A stretch of 64,000 bases of DNA from an uncultured Acidobacteriota bacterium (lineage in GTDB: Bacteria > Acidobacteriota > Thermoanaerobaculia > Multivoradales > UBA5704). Shown here one piece after another: positions 39,427 through 48,832 of this stretch (positions are counted from its first letter, which is position 1; every line of letters starts with the position of its first letter). Location: positions 5,312,001 to 5,376,000 of the forward strand of contig CAVYRF010000002.1 in assembly GCA_963770895.1 (NCBI GenBank). The letters run 5' to 3'. The notes below the pieces were generated by a model. The model was not told the origin of the DNA, did no database searches, and saw only the letters and a list, made by a program, of their open reading frames with translations. Made by a program: the position numbers and the translations under genes.

Positions 39427-42400
39427 GTGCCGTCAAATCGATACACGCGTATCGACACTCTACTGCGCGTCCGGCGGTTCGGCAAAATTTTGGTGCTCGA
39501 TCTGGGCGGTGAGACGATGAACTTCGATGCCGCGACGCCCGAGACTGACTGGCTCGATCTGGTTGCGGCCTGGCCGGCGGTCGTCGCTGCGGCGAAGCCG
39601 GAGGGCAGCGAATACGACCTTCACCGCGTCACGATCCATGTCGAAGAGCAATCGCTGGCGGCTCTCGATTGGGAGCCTCTCTTCGTCGACCGAGCCGCTC
39701 CGACGTGGTCGCAACGGTGCGTCGTGCGGGTCTCATCAGTTCCTGCTCGCGTGATGCAGTTTCCGTTTGCTGTTCCGGCGCGAGTGCTGGAGATCGGTTC
39801 GCCGCGCGTCGTGAAGGAGGCGGTTGACGCGGCGCTGGGCGGTTCGTACGACACGTCCGCTCTCATCGTCGGCTCTACCCAGCCACTCCTGGCGCGGAAG
39901 TTCGTGCAGCGATCCTCCTGGGCCACGGCAGACATCCTCCATTTGCACGATATCACCGAGGACGCCGACCTCGTGCTGCGGACGTCGGCTCCCGACATAC
40001 CCGGGACGCTTGGCTGGATTCTTCGTGCGTGCATGCAGTGGCAGACCCGTCTGGCGATCATTGAGGTACCACCTGCACGGCTCGCGCTCGTTCGCCGACT
40101 GGGGCATGAGATTATCGAGCGCGGTGGCCCGGCGGTGATCGTCGGTCCCAACGACGGCGTCGATCGCGTGACCCTCTACGCATCGATTCTCCACGACCGA
40201 CCGTTCGATTGGGTGAAGCAGTTCCAGCCTGCAGCGGTGCTCTTCGCCGGTGGAGGCCGCGAGGAAGCCCTGCGATTCTCGCCGGCTGGAGAGCGCCTCT
40301 CGGAGCCAGTTACGAAGGATGCGATCGTCGCGGCGGTGGCTGAAGCGAGCGAGGGATTCCAGACAATCGCCTCGGCGAACACCCCTCCGCCACGCGAGGT
40401 CGTTCTCGACTCGATCTTCCATGCGGCCGGAGAGTTACGCCTGACCTCCGCCGACAACGGCCTCAGCATCGGATGGAGTCCTGCTGCCCGAATTCGCTTC
40501 GCCGACACGGTTGCTGGCCGCATGCTGCAGAAGGGCTTCGTTGTCCGGCCACTGGACGACGACGTCTCGGCGCTGCCACTGTCGCAGTACGTGCCAATCG
40601 ACGCGCTCGCCGCCATGGTCACGACGAAGTCTCTGCCGCTCGACTATGTCCGCGACCTTCGGACGACGCCCAGCATGGACGACATCGTTCGCGAGGGGCT
40701 CGACAACCTTTCGACGTCGGTCGCGCGTCTCGAATTCGAGTCGCACGAGTCGGACGGCACCCTGCCACTGGCCGTCAAGACGGTCAATCTGCGAAATCTG
40801 GTCCGCGTCGCCCGGCCGCATCTCGCTCCGGTGACGACTCCGGCAGCGACTCAGTCGCGCCACGTCAACGCCAACTTCTTAAGGCCCGATCTCCTCCTTG
40901 GCAAGGACGGCCGCGTCGCGCAGGACGGCGCGCGTCTCAGCCCGGGCGAAGAAGTGCATCTCGGTATCCGCATAGGCACGAAGGATGAGCAGACCATCAC
41001 AATCGGTGACCTCGTTCTGTTCGAGGAGGCCTTTCCCTGGAGCAGCGGCGCCGATGGGTGTTGGCTCGAGATTGGCGTCACGCCGATGGACTTCGACAAC
41101 CTCGGCGCTCCGGTGCAGGAGGTCTGGCTTCCTCGCGAAGGCCAAATGCAACTCGTCACGTTCGCGCTCTCGCCGCGCGCGAAAACCCTGATGCCGGGCG
41201 TTGCGAGTGTCCGCTTCACGTTTTACTACCAGAACAACGTCGTGCAGTCGTTCCGCGTCGCAGCGCTGCTCACGACGGCGACCGGCGATACGGCATCGGA
41301 CCTGGCACGGGCGCTCGATATTGACCCGAAAGAAGTCCCGGCGGGCGCCGGCTACCTAGCGCGCCTCGAGTACAGCGCCGCCGACCCAACTCAAGCTGAA
41401 ACTCTCGCGCGGCGTTCGCTCTCGATTGTCGCCAACGAGAGCGCAGGCCAAAAGGTGTTCAGCATAAAAGGCAACGATTTTTTCAGCTCTACGGTCAACA
41501 GCGATATCGCGAACATGGTCCAGGCGGCGCGCGACGCACTGCGAGACGCGTCGGTCAACGATGACCTGAAGGAATACCGATACGACCCTATCGACAATAG
41601 TGGCGAGAGCGCCGAGCTCATAGACCGGACAATGCAAGTGGCACGGAGAGGATGGGAGCTCTACACCCAGATTCTGCCCGAAGAATGGGCCCATAAGGCC
41701 GTCGCGGATCTTCTCGGCGATGAAGGCGTCATCACTGCGGCCCACATCGACCTGGATCACGTTGTCCCCTGGTCGTTAATCTATGATCAGCCGGTCGACG
41801 ACGCCCATTCCGAGGAAGACGTCGAGGAAAACGGCGTGTGGAAGACCTACGACGTTGCGCGCGCTGTCTGCCCATCCGGACTTCCGGCAGCCGATGCCTC
41901 GTTGCCATCTGGCGCCTGCGGCACGCGCGCCGACTGCTTGCTCTACGGCGCCGACGCCAATAAGAGGAAAATCGTAGGAAACGTCATGTACTGCCGAGAC
42001 AGAGTCATCTGTCCGCGCCACTTTTGGGGCTTCGCGCATCAGATCGAAGTGCCGGCGCAGCAGAAGCAGCCGAAGCAGGAACTGAAGCAGCCGGCCCGGC
42101 TTATCGGCAAAGAAATTACGGCCGGAATTCTCGGCGCCGTCGCGGTCGGCTACAACCCCAACGTGCGGCTCGCTAAGGAGCACGTGCAAAAACTGAAGAC
42201 GCAGCTCCAGGCACGCGCGCCGATCCAGGAGCCCCGCGCACAGAGACGGAACCTCATCAAGGCATTCCTGGCATCCGTTCAGCCCGATGTCGTCTATCTC
42301 TACTGCCACGCATACACGGACACAGCCGCGGCGCCGGGCAAGCCTGATCCAAACCTAGACTTCGGCAAACGTGCGGCGAGCGACATAATGTCCCCTGCCG

Positions 42401-42771
42401 ACTTCAACGGCACCCCATGGACGCACGGGCCGCTCGTGTTTCTTAACGGGTGCGGGACGGTCGGCTTCAATCCAGCTGCACCTTCCCGGTTCATCGCGCA
42501 GTTCATCCAGAGCCGGCACGCATCAGCCGTCATTGGCACCGAGGTCACAGTATGGGAGGAACTGGCTTCGGAAATGGGGGCGTTGTTCCTCGAAGAGTTC
42601 CTCGGCGTTGGCAAAGGGGAGAAGGGACAGCCGCTCGAGCCGAAGTCTGCGGGTCTTGCTCTCGTGCGCGCGCGGCGCAGGTTGCTGCGCAAAAACAATC
42701 CCCTCGGTCTCGTCTACACGCTCTACGGCTCTGCCGACCTGCACATCGTCTTTCAGGCGCGCGTTCCCTGA
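39427..42771 (+). CDS. CHAT-domain (caspase-like) protease, multidomain
   Basis: VPWSLIYD, FWGFAHQIE, His motif YLYCHA, Cys motif VFLNGCGT, AVIGTE, NPLGLVYTLYG. Confidence 0.85.
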   Translation: MPSNRYTRIDTLLRVRRFGKILVLDLGGETMNFDAATPETDWLDLVAAWPAVVAAAKPEGSEYDLHRVTIHVEEQSLAALDWEPLFVDRAAPTWSQRCVVRVSSVPARVMQFPFAVPARVLEIGSPRVVKEAVDAALGGSYDTSALIVGSTQPLLARKFVQRSSWATADILHLHDITEDADLVLRTSAPDIPGTLGWILRACMQWQTRLAIIEVPPARLALVRRLGHEIIERGGPAVIVGPNDGVDRVTLYASILHDRPFDWVKQFQPAAVLFAGGGREEALRFSPAGERLSEPVTKDAIVAAVAEASEGFQTIASANTPPPREVVLDSIFHAAGELRLTSADNGLSIGWSPAARIRFADTVAGRMLQKGFVVRPLDDDVSALPLSQYVPIDALAAMVTTKSLPLDYVRDLRTTPSMDDIVREGLDNLSTSVARLEFESHESDGTLPLAVKTVNLRNLVRVARPHLAPVTTPAATQSRHVNANFLRPDLLLGKDGRVAQDGARLSPGEEVHLGIRIGTKDEQTITIGDLVLFEEAFPWSSGADGCWLEIGVTPMDFDNLGAPVQEVWLPREGQMQLVTFALSPRAKTLMPGVASVRFTFYYQNNVVQSFRVAALLTTATGDTASDLARALDIDPKEVPAGAGYLARLEYSAADPTQAETLARRSLSIVANESAGQKVFSIKGNDFFSSTVNSDIANMVQAARDALRDASVNDDLKEYRYDPIDNSGESAELIDRTMQVARRGWELYTQILPEEWAHKAVADLLGDEGVITAAHIDLDHVVPWSLIYDQPVDDAHSEEDVEENGVWKTYDVARAVCPSGLPAADASLPSGACGTRADCLLYGADANKRKIVGNVMYCRDRVICPRHFWGFAHQIEVPAQQKQPKQELKQPARLIGKEITAGILGAVAVGYNPNVRLAKEHVQKLKTQLQARAPIQEPRAQRRNLIKAFLASVQPDVVYLYCHAYTDTAAAPGKPDPNLDFGKRAASDIMSPADFNGTPWTHGPLVFLNGCGTVGFNPAAPSRFIAQFIQSRHASAVIGTEVTVWEELASEMGALFLEEFLGVGKGEKGQPLEPKSAGLALVRARRRLLRKNNPLGLVYTLYGSADLHIVFQARVP

Positions 42772-43464
42772 CTTCGTGCGCCTTGAAGGTCGGGACCGTG
42801 TGCCTCACGAGAGTCTTGACATCGGCTGTGCGGTTTCCCGTCTCATCGAGGGTGGCGAGCTCGAGCGACCCAAGCCCGAGCGGCAAGTTCCACCTTTCCA
42901 TGTCCCCCGCCTCTCGGCAAAGGGATCTGCGCTTCGCGGGGAGCGCCGAGCGGGCCGCCGAACGCGGTCCCCGCCGGCCCCACAGCTCCCTAGACTAGGC
43001 CTAGGTCGCCCAACTCGGCGCGCCGTCGGCGGGCCAGAGCATGGTCCCCGATGTCATCGCCACCGACAACGTGAATCTGCCGAGGCGCCGGCCGGCCAGC
43101 TCCTAGCTCTTCGGGGCGCAAGGCAGAGCGCTGATCTCGGCAGTCATACGGAGGCTCCTTGTGCTGAGGTTTCGTTCTGCTGCTCGCTCCCCGTCTTCGC
43201 CGGGAACGCCGAGCTGGTGATCGGCTCGAGCATCCTGGGGCGCTGCCCGGGGCGTTGTCGCCCGGTCGCAGGCCTGCAAACTGATCTCCGACGCGCCGCC
43301 GCCTTCCGGATCGGCCATCGGTGGCGGATCGGTCCCGGCTGGCGAGTCTGCGGCTTGACCCAATCCGAGCTTCACCGTCGCTGCGCTCCGACCAGGATGG
43401 TCGCCTTGCGTCGAAACGGGTACCGCCATCGTCGGATTCCGCATTCTCGTCACGGGCCGCTGGG

Positions 43465-44718
43465 CTAGAAGACCCGCCACCATGGCGCTGCCAGCACTCC
43501 GTCGGCCAGCCAGGCAATCTCGCTTCCGGTGTGCAGCAGCAGGCCGGGGCGTGCACGGTCCGCGTACTCCTGCCGGAACAACTTGAGCGAGCGCACATCC
43601 GCAAGGGAAGGGCGGCGCCCGGTCTTCACCTCGATGGGAAGCAGCATCCCATCCTGCTCGATGACAAAGTCCACTTCGTCGCCCGCCACGGTGCGCCAGT
43701 ACAGGATCTCGGCCTCCACCGGTGATGAGTCCCGCCAGGCCAGCAGATCCTGAAGCACCAGGCTTTCGAGGTGAGCGCCCTGCGGTGTCGTTTCGCCTGC
43801 CAGGTGCATCGCCAGACCCGTATCGCACCAGAAGACTCGGGGGGTCTTGAGCAGGCGCTTCGTGCGGTTGACAGTGAAGGCAGGCAGGCGGACCAGTTGG
43901 TAGGTGGTCTCGAGCAGGTTGAGGTGGCGATGCACCGTGGGTTGGGACATCCCGATATCGCGGGCCACCTCCGTCTGATTGAGCAGGCCCCCGAGCCGCA
44001 GGCAGATCGCCCGCATCAGTCGCCGAACATCCACCAGCGACGCCACTGCCGAGATCTCCAGCAGATCGCGTTCGAGGTAGGTTCTGACATAGCCGGCGAA
44101 CCAGGCGGACCGCGCCTCGGCATCGTCCAACTCGTGGGCGGGGGTCGGATAGCCGCCGCGTCGCGCCAGCGCGCGCCAGTCCTCCTCCGGGGCAGTCTCG
44201 GCGGAAAGCACCGCAGGCCAGTCGCGATCAGCGGCCGCCAGCAAGCGCGACCAAGCACCGGTGGTCCCCAAGCCAAGCTGCTCACGACGAGTGAGCGGCC
44301 AGAGCGTGAGATAGGCAGCCCGCCCCGCAAGCGATTCGGAGATTCGCCGCATCAGAAGCAGGTTGGCAGAACCAGTGAGCAGGAACCGGCCCGGCGTGCG
44401 GCGCTGGTCGATTGCCCGCTTGACCGCCAATAGCAGGTCCGGGGATCGCTGGACCTCGTCGAGCGTCAGCGGCCCCTCGGCGTTGGCAACGAGCGCCGCC
44501 GGTTCGAGCCGCGCGCGCTCCAGGACATCCAGGTCGTCGAGGGTGAGATAAGCTCGCTGCGGCTTGCTCGGCAGTTGCTGCACCAGGGTTGTCTTGCCGG
44601 TCTGCCGGGCGCCGGTGAGGACGACTGCCGGAAACGACTTGAGGAGAACGGCCAGGCGGGGCGCAAGGAATCGCGACAGGGTGCGGGATGGTTCATTCAC
44701 GCCGCGAATGATATCCAT
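43465..44718 (-). CDS. ATP-binding protein, AAA_14 + DUF4143
   Basis: GARQTGKTT, LDEVQR, LLTGSA, GGYP, YLERDL, DTGLA, EVDFVIE...PIEVK. Confidence 0.93.
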   Translation of the reverse strand: MDIIRGVNEPSRTLSRFLAPRLAVLLKSFPAVVLTGARQTGKTTLVQQLPSKPQRAYLTLDDLDVLERARLEPAALVANAEGPLTLDEVQRSPDLLLAVKRAIDQRRTPGRFLLTGSANLLLMRRISESLAGRAAYLTLWPLTRREQLGLGTTGAWSRLLAAADRDWPAVLSAETAPEEDWRALARRGGYPTPAHELDDAEARSAWFAGYVRTYLERDLLEISAVASLVDVRRLMRAICLRLGGLLNQTEVARDIGMSQPTVHRHLNLLETTYQLVRLPAFTVNRTKRLLKTPRVFWCDTGLAMHLAGETTPQGAHLESLVLQDLLAWRDSSPVEAEILYWRTVAGDEVDFVIEQDGMLLPIEVKTGRRPSLADVRSLKLFRQEYADRARPGLLLHTGSEIAWLADGVLAAPWWRVF

Positions 44719-44745
44719 TCACCGCATGAATAGCAACCCATCTAC

Positions 44746-44820
44746 GCCTCGGCGACCGAGCTTGAGAAGTTCGCCCGACTCTACAAGAAGCCGCTCACGT
44801 TCTTCCTCAGCGGCGACTAA
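44746..44820 (+). pseudogene. C-terminal remnant of an XRE HTH protein
   Basis: ASATELEKFARLYKKPLTFFLSGD*; upstream in-frame stop and no start. Confidence 0.5.
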
Positions 44821-44932
44821 GGGCAGCCTCTACCCGGGGACGCCGGATCGCGCCGCGCTTCCGAGGCACCGCGGCGCCGGAACGAGCCTGAGCAGGTGGG
44901 GCTAGGATTCCTGCGCCTTGCGCGCGGTGACT

Positions 44933-45394
44933 CTAGGGGCAACTCGGAAAGCCGGCGGTGTCATAGACCGGCATCGATGTCTGGTTCAAGGCATTCGAGT
45001 AGACCCGCCCCTTGCCGGTCTTCAGGTCAATGACCTCAAGCGTGTATGCGACGTTCGTGAGTCCCGCCGTGAAGACCCAATAAGCGTTGAAGGGCTCGAC
45101 GCAGGCGTCGATCACCTTCACGAACAGCTCGGGATCGTCCGCGTCGAAGAACCAGAACCAGCCCCCGCCGAGGACGGGGCTCTTGTCCGTGTGGAAGAGC
45201 GGCACCGCGTGGCCGCCGCCCGCCAGGCCGCCCCCGGCGTCGTAGTTGACCGCCACTTCGAAGCGGTCGCCGACACCCAGGCAGAGGGTGGTGTCGTTAG
45301 CCGTGCAGTTGTAGGACTGTTGGGTCTCGGCCGAGGAAGCCCTGGCGCCCGCCAGCACGAGGAAGGCGCCGAGGACGGCGATGCTCCGCTTCAT
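44933..45394 (-). CDS. Small secreted Cys-containing protein (stand-alone form of a domain common at C-termini of Thermoanaerobaculia proteins)
   Basis: Signal peptide; TTLCL..RFEV...FWFFD...ELFVKVIDAC...YWVF.AGLTNV. Confidence 0.78.
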   Translation of the reverse strand: MKRSIAVLGAFLVLAGARASSAETQQSYNCTANDTTLCLGVGDRFEVAVNYDAGGGLAGGGHAVPLFHTDKSPVLGGGWFWFFDADDPELFVKVIDACVEPFNAYWVFTAGLTNVAYTLEVIDLKTGKGRVYSNALNQTSMPVYDTAGFPSCP

Positions 45395-45830
45395 GGTTCA
45401 CCCCCTTGCTTCATAGAGGACACGCGACAAACCGCTTTGTTGGGTCGGGCCTGCCGTCTAGTCTCGTCGCGCTCCCAGGCAGAGACGGTCGAAGGGTCGA
45501 GGCCGAACCGGCGAGCTAGCGCTTCCGCGGAGAGTCCCGCAGCCTGCCGCGCGGCTCTGACCCGCCCGCCGAAGGTTCCTGGCTCCGGCCGCGGGTCGTA
45601 GCCGAGAAAGGCGAGGATGCCGGGCAGGAAGCGCAGCCCAGGCGCGCCCCGCCCCGCCTCCCAACTCGCAAGGCTCGCCTGCGAGCAGCCGATCTCGTGG
45701 GCCGCGTGTCTCTGGCGGAGGCCGCGGTCAAGGCGCGCCCGCCTGAGATGCTCGCCAATGGTCCGGGGTGCCTCCGGGTAACCCTGCGGACTCGACTTCC
45801 GTCCTCGTAAGCGGACACGAACACTTATGC
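45391..45830 (-). pseudogene. Double XRE HTH reading frame without a canonical start codon
   Basis: Translated by hand: RLRGRKSSPQGYPEAPRTIGEHLRRARLDRGL...SWEAG...FLGYDP...FGGRVRAARQAAGLS...AWERD; no ATG/GTG/TTG upstream of the HTH domains before the TAG at 45895-97. Confidence 0.75.
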
Positions 45831-45870
45831 ACGCGGCCCCAGGGCTGCGTGCACCTTTTGTGATCCGCTT
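45809..45870. repeat. Inverted repeat with central CA dinucleotide; candidate recombination (att-like) site
   Basis: TGCACGCGGCCC-CA-GGGCTGCGTGCA (45828-45853, one mismatch) plus outer arms AAGCGGA-CAC / GTGATCCGCTT. Confidence 0.6.
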
Positions 45871-45989
45871 GCGGGGCAGGATTCTTCGCCCTGGCTATCC
45901 TCAGAACCGTCGCACCCTGGGCGAGCACCTCAAGTAGCCGAAGTCCCAGGGGAGCCGAGGCGGAGGCGCCGGTGCACTTGGTAAGGAGC

Positions 45990-46265
45990 AGGGGCCGACG
46001 CAGTAATCTCGTCGCTCGGCCCCGGTCGGCTTCGAGGAAGAAGAAAACATTCCGGCGGTGCTCCGGTTCGGCCTCGAAGCGAAGGCCGAAGACACGATCC
46101 GGTTCCACGCCGAGCTGGTGGAGCGTGCCGCTCTCCTGCACCTCGACCTTCCACCGGCGGGGTACGATGCCGGTCACGCGGAAGGGCCTTGGGCAGACTT
46201 CCTTCCGGCGCAAGCTCCTCGGATACCGGGGAACCTGGCGCCAGGGGCTTCACCGGACGCACGAA
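45990..46265. pseudogene. Replication-relaxation (Replic_Relax) family remnant with an internal inversion
   Basis: Minus strand: WKVEV...GVEPDRVFGL...FFFLEADRG; plus strand continues RGTMPVTR...TSFRRKLLGY..TWRQGLH. Confidence 0.72.
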
Positions 46266-46281
46266 GCATGCCCCTGCCGCC

Positions 46282-46316
46282 TACAATGGACTACAGCCAT
46301 GGTCCTTAACCATGGC
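46282..46316 (+). promoter_or_regulatory. -10 box and palindromic operator upstream of the lexA-like gene
   Basis: TACAAT at 46282-87; GCCATGGT-cctta-ACCATGGC at 46296-46316. Confidence 0.6.
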
Positions 46317-46331
46317 CCTAAGACCAACCCT

Positions 46332-46984
46332 ATGGGCAGACAACGCACCTACCAATCTGAACAGGTCCTCGTCGCGCTTGAGCGCTACGCCATCCAGCAT
46401 GGCCGGGCGCGCCGACCATCGAGGAGTTCCGCCAGGCCCTCGGCGTCGGTTCGAGCCGCACGGTCCTGCGCTACCTTCAGGAGCTCGAGGATGGCGGCTT
46501 CATCCGGCGCGCGCCCGGTGCGCGTGGCATCCAAGTCCTGCGCCGCCCCTCCGGCGGGACGCAGACTCAGCCGGTGCCGGTCCTTGGCCGCGTGACCGCC
46601 GGCGCCTTGGACCTCGCCGAGCAGCACTACGACGGTTGGCTACAGCTCCCGGTCGAAGATCTCAAACCGAAGTCTGCCAAGTTCTTCCTCCTCAAGATCC
46701 ACGGCCGGTCTATGGATCAGGCAAAGGTCGGAGGGGAGCGGATCGAAGACGGGGACCTCGTGCTCGTGCGCCAGCAGACCGCGGCCGATCCTGGTGAGAT
46801 CGTCGTGGCGCATGTAGACGGCGAGGCAACGGTGAAGAAGCTGGCACGTCTGCCGGACTATTGGGTGCTGAAGCCGGAGTCCTCGCAATCTCACTACCGC
46901 CCCATCCTCGTTGGCCCCGGTTTCTCCATTCAGGGAGTCGTGACGAAGGTCATCAAGAAGGGATCTGAAGTATTCGACCTATAA
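46332..46984 (+). pseudogene. lexA: LexA-like S24 repressor, +2 frameshift
   Basis: HGRA|PTIEEFRQALG wHTH, AG cleavage site (RVTAG), GRSM and ATVKK catalytic motifs; extra CG in GCGCGC near 46407-46412. Confidence 0.85.
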
Positions 46985-47003
46985 GAGCAGGAGATTATCG
47001 ACC

Positions 47004-48092
47004 ATGGGCTACGAAATCGATTTTTTGAAGGTAGGCGATACGAAGAGTGGCGATTCGATCACGCTCCGTTTTGGCAACCTCCACGGTCCGCGCAACCAGC
47101 AGTCGGTAGTAGTCGTTGACGGAGGTTATGTAACTGACGGGGAAAGAGTCGTCGAGCACCTTGCGCGCTACTATGGCACAGACCAGATCGATATCCTAGT
47201 ATCGACTCATCCGGATGCCGACCATGTGGGCGGCTTGGAGACAGTCTTCGAAAGCTGTGGAGTTGGGCAGCTCTGGATGCACCTGCCGTGGACTCATACC
47301 ACGGACATGGCCCGCTTGTTTCAGAGCGGCCGCGTAACAGACATGAGCGTTCGCGAGGTCATGCGGCGGTCCCTCGAAGCAGCATGCGCCCTTGAAGCAG
47401 CTGCCAAAAGAGAAGGCGTACCGATCATCCAGCCCTTTACAGGAACGCAGGATGCAACTGGCTCGCTCGTCGTACTCGGTCCCACGCAAGAGTACTACCG
47501 GAGCCTGCTCCCAGAGTTTCGCTGTACCCCCGAGGCAAAGAGCGAAATCGAAAAGCTGCTGGAGCGTGCCATGCGAGCCGCTGCGAACCTCGCGGAACGG
47601 TGGAACTGGGAGACGTTGACCGACAGCGGCGACACGACCGCGGAGAACAATTCAAGCGTTGTCCTCTTGCTACGAGTCGATGGTCGCACCGCACTTCTGA
47701 CCTCGGATGCGGGCAAGCCTGCCCTGACCCAGGTGGTTGATCTCATGGAGGCGAACAACATCGACCCGAAGAACCTGAACTTTATCCAAGTGCCTCATCA
47801 CGGCAGTCGTCGCAACGTCGGCCCGACCTTGCTGAATCGGCTTGTAGGCCCCAAGCTGGCAGGGGACCAGTTGATGAAGCCGGCGTTCGTGTCCGTCGCA
47901 GAAAATGCTGACGACAAGCATCCCTCCAAGCGCGTCGTGAATGCCTTCCGGCGTCGAGGAGCCCACGTCTCCCGCCACAACGGTGGCCATTGGATTCGGC
48001 ATCAATTCAACGCGCCAGATAGATCAGATGCTGTGTCTCTTCCAGCCCTTCCTTTTTATGACGGGATAATTGAAGAAGACGGAGATGCCTAG
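47004..48092 (+). CDS. MBL-fold metallohydrolase, ComEC/Rec2-like
   Basis: FLKVG...GDSI, VDGG, THPDADHVGG, NNSSVV, LLTSDAG, QVPHHGS. Confidence 0.92.
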   Translation: MGYEIDFLKVGDTKSGDSITLRFGNLHGPRNQQSVVVVDGGYVTDGERVVEHLARYYGTDQIDILVSTHPDADHVGGLETVFESCGVGQLWMHLPWTHTTDMARLFQSGRVTDMSVREVMRRSLEAACALEAAAKREGVPIIQPFTGTQDATGSLVVLGPTQEYYRSLLPEFRCTPEAKSEIEKLLERAMRAAANLAERWNWETLTDSGDTTAENNSSVVLLLRVDGRTALLTSDAGKPALTQVVDLMEANNIDPKNLNFIQVPHHGSRRNVGPTLLNRLVGPKLAGDQLMKPAFVSVAENADDKHPSKRVVNAFRRRGAHVSRHNGGHWIRHQFNAPDRSDAVSLPALPFYDGIIEEDGDA

Positions 48093-48813
48093 TCATTTCG
48101 GAGGAGCCGAGGTGTTTGACGCCTACACGCGCCGCGCACGACTCCAACCGGCCCTACTCGCCATTCTACCTATCGGTATTGCCGTCCTCGTCTGGTTTCC
48201 AAACAGTCTCACCGAATGGGGAGTTTTCGCGAGCGTCCTTACCTCGGCCGGCGGCATGGCACTCTTGGTTCGCATCGCGAGAATCAGAGGCAAGGGAATC
48301 GAGCCGTCTCTCTACGAGAGGTGGGGCGGCAAGCCTACGACAGTCGCCCTTCGCCATCGTGACACAAAGAACGCCGTCCTGCTTGCTCGGCGTCACGCGC
48401 AGTTGCAGCAGATCGCGAAAGATATCCACTTGCCAACTCCGGAAGAGGAGACTGCCGACCCCGCTGCTGCGGATGCAGCCTATGACGCCTCAGTGGCAGT
48501 GCTCATTGAGCGGACTCGGGACCGTAAGCGCTTCCGATTACTCTTTGACGAGAACTGTAACTACGGCTTTTGGCGGAACCTCCTTGGCCTCCGTCCGTTT
48601 GGCATCCCCTCCTCCCTTCTAGGAACAGCCGGTATCGCCTTCCTGATCCATCGGCACAATTTCGCCTTGGAGTTCAAACCTCTCGTGGCTCTCGGTATCG
48701 ACCTGCTTTTCCTCATCGGCTGGCTCCTCCTGGTGAGGGATGCTACCGTTAGGATCGCGGCTTCGAGCTATAGCGACCGCCTCCTGGCCGCCTGCGAAGA
48801 TCTGGCATCGTAG
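48085..48813 (+). CDS. Membrane protein with about 4 TMs, unknown function
   Basis: RARLQPALL, WGGKPTT, LLFDENCNYGFWRNL; two TM pairs flank a soluble region; overlaps the upstream MBL. Confidence 0.82.
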   Translation: MPSHFGGAEVFDAYTRRARLQPALLAILPIGIAVLVWFPNSLTEWGVFASVLTSAGGMALLVRIARIRGKGIEPSLYERWGGKPTTVALRHRDTKNAVLLARRHAQLQQIAKDIHLPTPEEETADPAAADAAYDASVAVLIERTRDRKRFRLLFDENCNYGFWRNLLGLRPFGIPSSLLGTAGIAFLIHRHNFALEFKPLVALGIDLLFLIGWLLLVRDATVRIAASSYSDRLLAACEDLAS

Positions 48814-48832
48814 ATACGAGGTACTCTTCGCT

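Noticed and set aside
42772-43464. ORF fragments between the CHAT and DUF4143 genes
   Set aside because: No frame gave a recognisable motif, so the interval was left unannotated.
32830-45400. Possible integron cassette array (small genes and TA pairs)
   Set aside because: Mixed orientations, no recurring attC-like R''/R' boxes seen and no tyrosine integrase.
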